The notes: generated by a model not told the origin, from the letters alone. DNA of 64,000 bases from Octopus bimaculoides (GCF_001194135.2 NC_068981.1:155827873-155891872), one strand, 5' to 3'; positions 1 through 11,830 are shown, numbered from the stretch's first letter. Numbers and translations: made by a program.

Positions 1-182
1 CATTTTGAGATCGTTTTTCGCTGGCCATTAAACTTGTCAAAATAGAGTAGGCGCTACTTATGTATGTCATTATTCAGTTTTATTTCTGGATTTCTTGCCA
101 ATAGAAAAAGAGCCGATGTCTAACCTAGATCCAAGGCTTCTTCATTATAATTTCAACATGAACAACAGGGTATTTTTGCTTG

Positions 183-213
<31 letters not shown>

Positions 214-1125
214 GTATGTATGTATATGTGCAGATTTGTATGTTTTGTTTTATGTATGTATTCTCGTGTATTGATTTCTTTTTCTGAAAACCCTACCTTT
301 TCCGGGTTGTCACTTAGGCGTTTACACACAAAATCAAGCACACCAATTATTACTGGTCTAAATGTGAATTTATAAACTGGATACAGAAGCTGAAGCTGTT
401 GAAGCAGTTGTGCACAATTATCATCTTCCTCACTGATTTTCAAAGAGATATTCACATCAGTAGGAGAGCTGACCTCTATGACGGTACATAGTTTTTCTCG
501 TAAGTCCCTAACAGCAATATCCGACCTGTTACGTTTAAACTCGATAGAATTTTTTGATGGATATGTTCCACCAATAATCCTTGTGATGATGTCTGTGCAT
601 GTATTCATTAACAGAGGAATTTTTTTCCAAGACAGTCTCTTTTTTACGAATGGCATTGTATATTGTGTTTGCGACAATGTCGTGTCGCATAGGAGGTACT
701 ACCTCGATCACATTTTAGGTCAGCTATTAACCACGTGTGTGATGACTTCCACTGAAATATGACATAATCTACACTTTCGATTGCATCTTGGAGCTCCAAG
801 AGCTTCACTGTCTCTTTTGTTTACTAGTTATTTCGTAGCTATCTCCTGTTCTTGAATTGCAAATGCTTCGTTTTTGAAGTGCGATGTGACGTAGCTGTCA
901 CGAGTCCAAGAGAGGTTTAGCTTCATTTTGATATTACTGTTTTCTTCAAGTTTTCGAGAAACATGCCCATTCATAGTCTCTTTTTTTTTTTGATATGCTG
1001 AGCGTTTCACATTTAGATATTCTTTGAGATATGTCCGCCTGTTTTGGAGTTGTATGGGCGGTCATCAGGAATAGAGTGCTTCCTGACGAGTTCGCTACCG
1101 ACACCTAGGATGTCGTTCTCTTTGT
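1..1125 (-). mobile_element. 3' portion of an RLE-type (R4/Dong-like) non-LTR retrotransposon, decayed: post-RT region, zinc knuckle, restriction-like endonuclease, 3' UTR
   Basis: Minus-strand translations give AFAIQEQEIATK (828-1010 ORF), a broken knuckle ITHVVNS*PKM..MRHD (about 620-740) and NRSDIAVRDLREKLCTVIEVSSPTDVNISLKISE...RPVIIGVLD (153-677 ORF). These match the PD..D-type RLE domain of R2/R4-group elements. Stops and frameshifts are present, and a (ATGT)n tract interrupts near 180-260. Confidence 0.85.
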
Positions 1126-1283
1126 TTTTTAACTCTTAATGTATTTATTTTTGCTGTTGTTGTTTAGGAAGTGCTGTCTACAAGAAACTATTCGACATAC
1201 GAAGGCTGTTTGCACTGGTGTATGTTTGCATGTATGTATTATGTATGTATGTATGTATGTATGTATGTATGCCTGTACGTACG

Positions 1284-1317
<34 letters not shown>

Positions 1318-1414
1318 TGCATGTATGTATGCAAGCATGTATGTATGTATGTATGTCTTCTCTTTCTCTTTTTAATATTAGAGTAAATATTGAACACCCA
1401 CCTATTTGGTAGCA

Positions 1415-1700
1415 ACGTTGTGAAAAAAGTATCTTGATTTAATCGTCATCCTTTAAATCTTAAGATGGTCTTGCAGATCTTTATAGTCCTAGATATCATG
1501 ATCATATGTAGCATATGAATTAAGGATTAGCATTCTCTCTCCAAGATTCCAAGTTCAGCCATACTTTGCTCCAGAATGGTTGATATGTATCCTGTTGTTC
1601 CAATAATAATGGGTTTGAAACTGAAAGCATATCTTGGGTACTGGCAGTCCGAATTCCTTATCAATGGTCCATAGATGTCGTCTTTCTCCTGCATATACAT
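1415..1700 (-). mobile_element. Second R4/Dong-like RLE C-terminal fragment
   Basis: Minus strand reads QEKDDIYGPLIRNSDCQYPRYAFSFKPIIIGTTGYI...ELGILERE...ISRTIKICKTILRF*, homologous to the C-terminus of the element at 1-1125. Confidence 0.75.
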
Positions 1701-1731
1701 ACATATATATATATATATATANNNNNNNNNN

Positions 1732-1835
1732 AAACGTTAAAGACTTTTTCACTTTCCGAGCGTTATACTAATACATCTGTTTGTTGTCTACACCACCTGT
1801 CTTCGTCTTTTTTTTGTGTGTGAATTTCCCTAGGA
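1732..1835 (+). mobile_element. Penelope-like repeat tail fragment
   Basis: AAACGTTAAAGACTTTTTCACTTTCCGAGCGTTATACTAATACATCTGTTTGTTGTCTACACCACCTGTCTTCGTC. A related tail occurs in reverse at about 56575-56640. The 5' part lies in an N-gap. Confidence 0.4.
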
Positions 1836-2224
1836 TATCCAAAGTTAATGCAGTACGATCGTTTCATGCGACTCCATTTAATTAAGCAATGTGAACATTA
1901 CATCAAATGTAAAATGCAGAGCAATCCTCAACTGCACAAAGATATAGAAATTTAATGAAATTACATTTCAACAGAAGGACATATTTTTATAACTACATTT
2001 AAACTCTCCAAGTAGAAAGGAAGAATACAAAAAACCATTCTGACTTAGCCAGACCTTACAGGATATCCTTGCTGCTTATTTTGATTTTAATCACCCTATT
2101 TTGAAACTGTATGGATAATACCATACTTAATTCTGGTGCCTAAACTTAAGTACCACATTCACCTGAATCTAATTTTTTTACGGAACTCACCCACCAAACC
2201 GGAATATATATATATATATATGCA

Positions 2225-2545
2225 TATTAATCTGGTTAGCCATAGCAGTACCTATAACCAGTTAGAACTCGGCTGTACATATACTTCACAGTATTAGTAA
2301 GGTCCACCAGCAGCAACATGTGAAGTGCCTAACATTCTCCGCTCAACACTTTTATATGAACCAGCTGGTCAGTGCAGAGCGTAATATTAATTAATAAATG
2401 AATGGCCAAAGGATAGGTTCTACATAATCCATTTCATTAGCTTACAGCTGTTTCAGTTACAAGAAACCGTGCATCTGGAGTTGAGCGATACTTCGATTAC
2501 TTGTAGCTTCCTCGGAACCACTTCAACGAAGCACCAGAATGTGAT
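2225..2545 (-). mobile_element. Penelope-like pseudo-LTR remnant with a degenerate hammerhead core
   Basis: Minus strand 2480-2441 reads CTC-CAGATGC-...-GAAA-CAGCTG-TAAG (palindromic stem III, GUA triplet). It ends in a (TA)n tail near 2225. Confidence 0.45.
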
Positions 2546-2587
2546 AGTGTGTGTGTTTGTACAAGTATGTTTGTGTGTGTATGTACT

Positions 2588-2620
2588 GATAGATAGATAG
2601 ACAGAGACAGACAGACAGAC

Positions 2621-2676
<56 letters not shown>
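2588..2676. repeat. (GATA)n/(GACA)n tetranucleotide microsatellite
   Basis: Directly visible. Confidence 0.97.
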
Positions 2677-2677
<1 letters not shown>

Positions 2678-3137
2678 TAAAGCAAGAAAATTAACTGAAA
2701 TAAAAAACAAAATTTGTCAATATAGTTTAAATATATATTTTTCAAGACACACACACATACACATATAAACATACAATCACAAAGATACGCTCACTCACAC
2801 ACACGTAAACATAAACACTCACACAAAAACAAAACAAAAAAAATGCACGCACATGCATACACATGCCAACTCACACACTCACACACCCGCGCACAAACTT
2901 ACATGTAAGTTATTCGTGATTCGCTACATCAGTCAACCCTGCGCCTGAGTATTCAATATTGTTCACGGCCAATTCATGAAACTCAGAGCAACAGAATGCT
3001 ATAAGTTGTTATTATAACTAGTAAAGTAATATATTCACTGTTTAATCTATCTAAGGTATTGAGTTCTTTTTCTGTTTTGCTTTGTTCATGAAGTAACCGT
3101 GTACGTAATAACACCTGGAAACATATTACTACATATA

Positions 3138-3190
<53 letters not shown>

Positions 3191-4466
3191 AACAACAATA
3201 ATAATAGTAGTAGTAATNNNNNNNNNNNNNNNNNNNNNNNNNNNNNNNNNNNNNNNNNNNNNNNNNNNNNNNNNNNNNNNNNNNNNNNNNNNNNNNNNNN
3301 NNNNNNNNNNNNNNNNNNNNNNTATATATATATATGTGTATATATATATGTATATACACGCGCGTGCGTGTGTGTGTGTGTGTGTTTGTCTGGCTGTATG
3401 CGTAGTATCATTTGGAAGCTTTTGATGGCTTTATTTTCTCGTTTAGCCTCTACAGTAACGAGGCGTTTCAGTACAGAATTGAATTGATGCATATATAACA
3501 CAGCAATAATTCAGGATATTGGAATTTTATGTGACGTGCTAGACTCATATAATAAAACATTAATAACATTTCGTATTTCTAACGCAGCTCGAATAATAAT
3601 AATAATAATAACAATAATAATAATAATAATAATAGTAATGATTCTTTTTGTTTATTTATTATTGCCACATATTTATGGACGAGGGGACATTACAGGGACT
3701 GCTTAGAAAATATGTGGGGATTTATACGCAGTTCGAATGAAATGGTAAGTGGAGTTATATAACGTTTATGATGAAAATTCTAAGCGAAATTTCTTTACAT
3801 AGGGCCAATGAAGGAACCCCACTGATCCAAGTTTACTCTGGCTACCAAAGTCAGCTACTTTCGCCTAGTTGCATACTCTATAGCATGCTAAGAGTGAATT
3901 CCGTCACTCATTCAATGGTGGGTAATCTCATCCATATTTTACCATATTTACTGGAGGATTACAGTTTCCTCTCTAAAATGAACTAGAAAATGTTGGTTCT
4001 GCGTTGTTGTAAATGTTGTCTCTGTATAACGTTTCTATAGCTACGTCCTCGTTTTCTGAGGAAGGAATACTTTTACTTTCGTCTGTCGTTCTCTCCTCCC
4101 TCACTCCGTTTTTTTGTTTTTATATATATTTTCTCTTTCTTTCTCTTTGCTATGCAGTTCTATCTTGAACGCTGTTATTGTGCTGTTGTTTGCTATTTTC
4201 TAATTCTGGATTTAAAAATCGCCTCTGCAAATAAAAATTTTAAATTAAAAATACGCAAGTTCCCTCAGAGTTGAATCTTACAATGAAAATATTGTCACCA
4301 AAACTCAGGTGGTCCTCTCTCGTATTCGATTATGCAAAATGTTTCAAATATCTAAACTCCTTCCGGATAAAAAGAGCTAGTATTCGGAGACGAAGCTCGG
4401 CGTGACTTCCAAAAATAACAGTAATAATAATAAAACAGCAGGAAGAAGAAGAAGAAGAATAGAGGA

Positions 4467-4790
4467 TTGCGGTTACCATCAGGAGAGACTATGGGTGAAC
4501 CCGACTGTAGTGGGTATAGATATTTAGGGATTTTGGAACTGAATGACATTCTACACAGAGAAATGAAAGTCAAGATCAGCGAGGCGTATCAAAAAAGGGT
4601 GAAGACAGTGTTGAAATCCAACCTGAATGCCAAAGATTTGATTACCGCAATGAATATCTGTGCAGTTGCGGTGGTCAGATATAGTGCGTCCATCCTCAAA
4701 TGGACTAAGGGGGAAATATCAACGCTGGATAGAAGGACGAGAAAGTTCATGACGCTGCATGGAGTGCTACACCCTAAAGCGAACGTAAAC
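4467..4790 (+). mobile_element. R4/Dong-like non-LTR RT fragment (domain 7 and thumb)
   Basis: YRYLGILELNDILHREMKVKISEAYQKRVKTVLKSNLNAKDLITAMNICAVAVVRYS...LDRRTRKFMTLHGVLHPKANV is the typical post-YKYLG region of R4-clade RT. It is truncated by a SINE at 4791. Confidence 0.85.
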
Positions 4791-4978
4791 GGCCTGAAAT
4801 TCTGGGGGTGAGGGTTAATCAACTACACCGATTCCAGTGATCAACAGGTACTTAGTTTATCAATCCAAAAAGGATGAAAGGCAAAGTCCACCTCGGTGGA
4901 ATTTGAACTTAGAATGTTAAGACAGACGAAATGCCGCTGAATATTTTGTCTGGAGTGCTAATGGTTCTGTTTGCACTC
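4791..4978 (-). mobile_element. tRNA-derived SINE, family 2 (core GCCTTTCATCCTTTCGGGGTCGATAAA..AAGTACCAG)
   Basis: Reverse complement of the core seen in more than 20 copies in this window, adjacent to (TAA)n. Confidence 0.8.
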
Positions 4979-4979
4979 C

Positions 4980-5036
<57 letters not shown>

Positions 5037-5607
5037 GCTGAAGTTTAAAAGATAGTGCTCATGGGAACTGCCCATATCCTACGTAAAATACTGTCTATGT
5101 GATCTCAANNNNNNNNNNNNNNNNNNNNNNNNNNNNNNNNNNNNNNNNNNNNNNNNNNNNNNNNNNNNNNNNNNNNNNNNNNNNNNNNNNNNNNNNNNNN
5201 NNNNNNNNNNNNNNNNNNNNNNNNNNNNNNNNNNNNNNNNNNNNNNNNNNNNNNNNNNNNNNNNNNNNNNNNNNNNNNNNNNNNNNNNNNNNNNNNNNNN
5301 NNNNNNNNNNNNNNNNNNNNNNNNNNNNNNNNNNNNNNNNNNNNNNNNNNNNNNNNNNNNNNNNNNNNNNNNNNNNNNNNNNNNNNNNNNNNNNNNNNNN
5401 NNNNNNNNNNNNNNNNNNNNNNNNNNNNNNNNNNNNNNNNNNNNNNNNNNNNNNNNNNNNNNNNNNNNNNNNNNNNNNNNNNNNNNNNNNNNNNNNNNNN
5501 NNNNNNNNNNNNNNNNNNNNNNNNNNNNNNNNNNNNNNNNNNNNNNNNNNNNNNNNNNNNNNNNNNNATCCAACTTGTACAAATGCAAAGCAAAAGTCAA
5601 ACATAAA

Positions 5608-5622
5608 ATAATAATAATAATG

Positions 5623-5682
<60 letters not shown>

Positions 5683-5737
5683 GCAACAACAACAACAACA
5701 ACAGCAACAACAACAACAATAACAACAACAACAATCA
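5608..5737. repeat. Compound trinucleotide microsatellite (ATA)n-(AGA)n-(ACA)n
   Basis: Directly visible. Confidence 0.95.
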
Positions 5738-6199
5738 CAATAGATTCTGCTTTAGGCACAAGAGGGGCAATTTGAGGGGAGGGTCATGTGCTGTTTATCT
5801 TGATAGGAAATCACCACGTCGCGCACGTATGAGGGACACTTCGCTGCTATATCTACCAGTTCTAACAACCATGTAGAGGATTCTTCCTTGTATCATTTCA
5901 GTCGTTAGTGGAATATTTAAAGGTAACATAACGCAATGTATGTGTTACAGCCGGGAACAAGCAATGGCTTTGTATGTATAGGATTTCGAGGATCCTATTA
6001 CATGGCTCTTTAGGGAAATGGCTTCAATCACAATTTCTTATCGGTAAGTGCTTTGTAAGAGTCAAATTTGATGGATGGAAACTGTATGTAAGTCATCAGG
6101 ATTGGTTCTGTTTCCTTTGAGTACTGACCTTAACCCGTTATTCAGTTTGGCAATACCAGATGGCTCTTGGATACCTTTAGCAGGGTCCCGTTCGTAGAA

Positions 6200-7050
6200 A
6201 GCATTGGAACCAGATCTCCAGTCTCATAACTTCATCTCTTCCTACCCCAAATTACGGAGGTCAAGAAAAAAGGTCACGGACACAACCCTTCCTCTCTCTC
6301 TTCATGAGCTATGACTACAGAATCGGCGGTTAAGGATCTCTATGCCAACGTCTGACGCCGTAAGGTGCAATATTTGTTGCCGTGTAGTGGCTTCTCTGCC
6401 TCAATGACCCTGAGAGGTATGCCAGTGGAGCACAATCTCCTGATAGGGCCTCGCATGATGGACTGGTCAAAGGATAAAAATCAGACTAATACGGACCACC
6501 TCTTCCTAGAGGTAAAAATGTGTTTGCATAGGGCCAACACCTCTACCTTGAGACAAGTAAAATTACAGAAGCATCGATGATAATCCAAAACCAATAAGAA
6601 AATGGAACAGTCTTCAGTGACCTATGTTTAATAGGAAGCGAAGAGCTTAAGTAAGAAAGGCCAAAGTTTGAAGATTTGTAGGTTTTTCTTAGGAAAGATA
6701 CAGCAATCATTTCCCATTGGTCTCTGCTGGTTTATTCACCATTTACTCAATAGTCTCCTACTATCCTGAACTTCCTTTGAGACAGGGAGACTGGACTGCG
6801 TGACAATACAGCATTAACTCATTATAACGAGCTGGATCTAGGGACCACTACTTATATTCCTGTATGTCATAGCTACAGGAGGATCGTCTGCTATTTGAGT
6901 CCTAACTGGAGCCCTTGACAGTAAGTACTAGAACTGAAGTGAATCTGGAAGTGATGGTGAGTAACGGGTAATTCCATACTCCCTACAACTCCCGCTCGTC
7001 CAAGCTAGTGCCTCTCGATACCAGTTGCAGTTTTATGTTTTACTCATGAC
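6200..7050 (+). mobile_element. Probable decayed RTE-clade LINE UTR-like sequence
   Basis: Segments resemble RTE 5'-UTR motifs (GTGGAGCACAATCTCCTGATAGGG..., GTTTGCATAGGGCCAACACCTCTACC) and an RTE-associated tail (6900-7045). No coding remnant was recovered; this is a resemblance only. Confidence 0.3.
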
Positions 7051-7065
7051 AAACTGCCCTTTCAC

Positions 7066-7393
7066 TTGTTGTTGGCACTCCGTCGCTTACGACGTCGAGG
7101 GTTCCAGTTGATCCGGTCAACGGAACAGCCTGCTCGTGAAATTAACGTGCAAGTGGCTGAGCACTCCACAGACACGTGTACCCTTAACGTAGTTCTCGGG
7201 GATATTCAGCGTGACACAGTGTGACAAGGCTGACCCTTTGAATTACAGGCACAACAGAAACAGGAAGTAAGAGTGAGAGAAAGTTGTGGTGAAAGAGTAC
7301 AGCAGGGTTCGCCACCATCCCCTGCCGGAGCCTTGTAGAGTGTTTATTGTTTTCGCTCAATAAACACTCACAACGCCCGGTCTTGGAATCGAA
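7066..7393 (-). mobile_element. tRNA-derived SINE, family 1 (young copy; 5' end in gap)
   Basis: Near-identical to 26117-26501, with tail ...CGACGGAGTGCCAACAACAA. Confidence 0.9.
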
Positions 7394-7849
7394 NNNNNNN
7401 NNNNNNNNNNNNNNNNNNNNNNNNNNNNNNNNNNNNNNNNNNNNNNNNNNNNNNNNNNNNNNNNNNNNNNNNNNNNNNNNNNNNNNNNNNNNNNNNNNNN
7501 NNNNNNNNNNNNNNNNNNNNNNNNNNNNNNNNNNNNNNNNNNNNNNNNNNNNNNNNNNNNNNNNNNNNNNNNNNNNNNNNNNNNNNNNNNNNNNNNNNNN
7601 NNNNNNNNNNNNNNNNNNNNNNNNNNNNNNNNNNNNNNNNNNNNNNNNNNNNNNNNNNNNNNNNNNNNNNNNNNNNNNNNNNNNNNNNNNNNNNNNNNNN
7701 NNNNNNNNNNNNNNNNNNNNNNNNNNNNNNNNNNNNNNNNNNNNNNNNNNNNNNNNNNNNNNNNNNNNNNNNNNNNNNNNNNNNNNNNNNNNNNNNNNNN
7801 NNNNNNNNNNNNNNNNNNNNNNNNNNNNNNNNNNNNNNNNNNNNNNNNN

Positions 7850-7896
<47 letters not shown>

Positions 7897-8178
7897 ATCA
7901 GAATCATTTCAAGTTGTTCACCACTGGAAAGAATTATGTTTCCAGGAAATCTTTTTCTTTTTACCAGATTCCTCTTTTCCCATTAAATGTTTTAGTGTGT
8001 ATGTGAGTGCGCATGTGGATGTGTGTGAGTGCGTGTGTATGTAAGTGAGTGCGTGTGTATATATGTGTGTATGTGTGTGCATGCATGCATAAATGCATAC
8101 ATGCATATATTTATACTGATATATCTATGACAGTTTATACACACACACACATACATACGTATATATACATGTATATAC

Positions 8179-8238
<60 letters not shown>

Positions 8239-8373
8239 ACATATATACTGTTAAAAATAAATGCTTTAAATTCTGCGAATACATACGTATATAAAAATGT
8301 GTGTGTCTATGTATATGTACATGTGTGTATACATTTATCTATACGTACGTATATACATACACACATATACATA

Positions 8374-8417
<44 letters not shown>

Positions 8418-8531
8418 NNNNNNNNNNGGTCGTATTTTTAGTTACCAGTTTCCATTAAACCTTACGGGGAAACGAATTGATCTTGAAAATAAAACATAAA
8501 CACTTTGAAATATTCACAAAAATTAAACACA

Positions 8532-8579
<48 letters not shown>

Positions 8580-8890
8580 TACACACACACACAAACACAC
8601 ACAAACACACACATACATACACGCAACTACACACTTACATAGACATGCTTACGTAAGTATGTCAGCATGCATATATGTGCGTGTGTGTGTGTGTGTGCAT
8701 CCACACAAACATACGTGCAACCACACATACACACACACAGAGAGGCACACACATACACACACACAGAGGCACACACATACACACATACGTATGCGAATGA
8801 ATATGTGTGCATGTATGTAATGTACTTATGTACTTATCTATCAACATATGTTTAATATTATTTTCATTTATAATATTTATTCATGTGTGT
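7850..8890. repeat. Cluster of (TG)n, (TA)n and (CA)n microsatellites
   Basis: Directly visible. This cluster accounts for the spurious CV/HT/YI ORFs. Confidence 0.95.
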
Positions 8891-8904
8891 GTGTGTGTAT
8901 TCTT

Positions 8905-9296
8905 ACAGAGCGCCCTCTCCCCACTACGGAATTTTAACCGCCAGCTAGTGCTGATACAGGATATCAGCGTACATACTCTCCATTTTTGTCTTCATATAAA
9001 CTAACCTTTATAGCAGTTGAGAGAAAATGCATCACTAAGGAGACCTAACACGGTCGAAACATGTCCAGCTGGCTACAAAGGAAAAATTCGCTCACTCCAG
9101 CTGTACTGTCTTCACTTACAAACATTCAGGTCAATTTGATACGCTTGTATGTCAATTAAATAAGTTTCCATATATCATGTCTTGATATTGTGTTGATGGT
9201 CGTCTGATGTTAAACAGTGAGTTAAACTCACATGCAAATTGGTAGTTCCAGTTCTCTGGAGCTACTAAATTCAGTGTGTGTATAAACGGATGCGTG

Positions 9297-9300
<4 letters not shown>
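8905..9300 (+). mobile_element. Penelope-like pseudo-LTR remnant
   Basis: Contains a minimal hammerhead-like motif and ends in a (TA)n tail at about 9300. Confidence 0.45.
9031..9070 (+). ncRNA. Degenerate minimal type I hammerhead ribozyme motif
   Basis: CTAAGGA (1 mismatch to CTGANGA) - GACC TAACAC GGTC (perfect 4-bp stem II) - GAA-ACATGT-C (palindromic stem III and GUC site). Stem I pairing is not intact. Confidence 0.55.
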
Positions 9301-9345
<45 letters not shown>

Positions 9346-9572
9346 NNNNNNNNNNNNNNNNNNNNNNNNNNNNNNNNNNNNNNNNNNNNNNNNNNNNNNN
9401 NNNNNNNNNNNNNNNNNNNNNNNNNNNNNNNNNNNNNNNNNNNNNNNNNNNNNNNNNNNNNNNNNNNNNNNNNNNNNNNNNNNNNNNNNNNNNNNNNNNN
9501 NNNNNNNNNNNNNNNNNNNNNNNNNNNNNNNNNNNNNNNNNNNNNNNNNNNNNNNNNNNNNNNNNNNNNNNN

Positions 9573-9633
<61 letters not shown>

Positions 9634-10094
9634 AAAAACAATAAAAACTCGACCACAACTTGCATACTGACACCTGAAAAATCTACAATTCAACTAGCAC
9701 ATGCTCTCTTACGAATTATACAAACAAAATTCTTCACGTGTGTATTTATATGTGTTTATGTACACACATACAATCCCAAATATTCTGGCTTCAACCAATT
9801 AAATTTACATAAACACATCAAGAAACACATGAATTCCAGATGCCCTTACGCGCGCATGTAGAGGGGTGGTGACACACTTGTAAAATACATACACACTTGT
9901 AAAATACATACACACTAAAGCATATTCCCATTGAAATACACAAATACACTTTCTAAGAACCACACCAAAATCAATCAACCATGATACCATAATACATCTT
10001 TTACAATAGAACCATCCTTAATTAGTTGCACAGTTAATTTCACTCCCCCAAAACCTCTTTGTGAACAGAATATCACAAGAACTTAAGAAACGAA

Positions 10095-10200
10095 CTGTCT
10101 TAAATAAATCTTGGGTATTTTATCTTGTTTCATGACTGCGACCATGCTGGGGCACCACCCTGAAGGGTTTTGTCGAACAAATCAACACCAGTACTGTTTT
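10095..10200 (-). mobile_element. SINE family 3 tail fragment
   Basis: TGACTGCGACCATGCTGGGGCACCACC...GTCGAACAAATC matches 49135-49370 and 31195-31430. Confidence 0.65.
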
Positions 10201-10218
10201 AATATAAAATAATCTTAC

Positions 10219-10552
10219 TGTGAAGGCGCATGACTTCGTGGTTAGGATATTCGGCTCACGGTCGCAAGGTTATGAGTTCAATTCCCGGCGACATGTTGTG
10301 TCCTTGAGCAAGACACTTTATTCCCCGTTGCTCCAGTTTACTCAGCTACCAAAAATGAGTGATAGCGGTATTTCAAAGGGCCAGCCTTGTCACATTCCGT
10401 GTTACGTTGAATCTCCCTGAGGACTACGTTAAGAGTACAAGTGTTTGTGGAGTCCTCAGCCACTTGCACGTTAATTTCATGAACAGGCTGTTCCGTTGGT
10501 CGGATTAACTGGAACCCTCGTCGTCATAACCGACAATAACAGACAGTGCCAG
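10219..10552 (+). mobile_element. tRNA-derived SINE with an alternative head/core and the family-1 3' tail
   Basis: Head GAAGGCGCATGACTTCGTGGTTAGG...GAGTTCAATTCC and core TCCTTGAGCAAGACACTTTA; from about 10370 it matches the family-1 tail. Confidence 0.8.
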
Positions 10553-10674
10553 ATAACCTTACCTAAGCGTTATCTACAACCACGTTATCTCGTGCAAATA
10601 CATAGTCATCCTTGAGCGACGGAGGCCCCTAGTTTCGATAATCTGTCAATGTCTTTACTTATAGGATTCATTTT

Positions 10675-11233
10675 GGATCTTTTTTAAAACGGGGGCCACA
10701 TTTTTCATTAACGAAACACTTTGAAACTTGGAACACTGGTAGAATGTGTCATATAAAACATTTTTTTCTCTTAGTCTTCTTTAAAAAAAAGAAATCCATA
10801 ATTTATTCCATGTTAAAGTTGTCGTATTTCTGTAATTTCAACCAATCACTGACGTCCATTCAGCCGATATACATTAAGTGCCGACTACATAAACAAACGA
10901 TTCTGAAACAATTAACCCTACCCTAACCCTGGGTTAGGGTTAAAGCAAATTTAAAATGAAAAAAGCAAATAAAACGAAGGTATGGAGATTAAATACGCTT
11001 TACATCGCTTAATCAGCCAAAGGAGTAAATATAAACAACTGAATACTTGTCAGTGATTGGTTGAAATTATCGAAATAAGACAATTTTTTACATGAAATAA
11101 ATTCGAATACAAAAATATTTTTCTGTTCTATAACACAAAATAGATAAGTATACGAAGTTTGAAAGTCTTTCCGTACCAAAAACACTACGTAAAACATTAA
11201 TGAAAAATGTGGCCCCCGTTTTAAAATAGATCC
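10675..11233. mobile_element. 559-bp MITE with about 36-bp TIRs and an 8-bp TSD
   Basis: Left end GGATCTTTTTTAAAACGGGGGCCACATTTTTCATTAA; right end TTAATGAAAAATGTGGCCCCCGTTTTAAAATAGATCC. TSD TTCATTTT at 10667-10674 and 11234-11241. Inner inverted repeat AATTTCAACCAATCACTGAC (about 10835) / GTCAGTGATTGGTTGAAATT (about 11050). Confidence 0.9.
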
Positions 11234-11323
11234 TTCATTTTGAGCAGATGAAATGAAATTACCTACATGTCATGCTTGTTTATATCTAGGAACACATTGT
11301 TTAATATGTGCTTGCAGCTTTAA

Positions 11324-11533
11324 CCCTTTACCTGTCCAAAGCATTTTCATAAATTTGTGTTAAACGCCTGTGTTTGCTTCCAAATTTTTAGTTAGCCCTT
11401 TTTGCATAGGGTTTAGAGTAATATACAGCTTTTCTTCTCTAAGTTACATTAGTAGTTGCAAAACATTGAGAATGACATAGATGCCAGGAAACATGTCCTG
11501 TGTTTTGCGTGTGATACAGAAGACAGGCAAAGG
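11324..11533. mobile_element. piggyBac-type MITE (TTAA TSD)
   Basis: TTAA|CCCTTTACCTGTC ... GACAGGCAAGGG|TTAA. Confidence 0.75.
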
Positions 11534-11659
11534 GTTAAGACTGAAGTGTGTATTTCCAGATATTTTACTGGTCTCTCTACCAGATCGAGAGACAACATAA
11601 AAGTTTCCTCGTTGGATTGGTTTCCATTATATTGAATGTTTTATTTCCATTTTATCTTT

Positions 11660-11830
11660 TTTTAGCACCAGGTCAAATCGAATCGAACAAACCTATGATC
11701 AAAGCCATTACACAGGTGTATCATTTTAGAATTATGTTCGACTACACTATCTTGTGTATTTTCTTTTTTCTTAAAGATAGCAGTGAGATTTTCGACGCAG
11801 ATTTTTGTTGCCATGTCAAGTTAATCTCGT
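11660..11830 (-). repeat. Interspersed repeat family 4 (ends ...TTTGATCATAGG...GCTAAACAACAA)
   Basis: Similar to 19100-19280, 28895-29105, 38335-38582, 44240-44420 and 59840-60360. Class unassigned. Confidence 0.55.

Noticed and set aside
1050-1100. CTGATGA/CTGACGA hammerhead-like words
   Set aside because: They lie within the R4-like coding frame (ENDILGVGSEL...IPDD) and lack a proper GAAA and stems; most likely chance.
10912-10942. Interstitial telomere or chromosome-fusion signature
   Set aside because: Only 2-3 units are present, the order is (CCCTAA)n-(TTAGGG)n rather than the fusion order, and it sits in the centre of a MITE.
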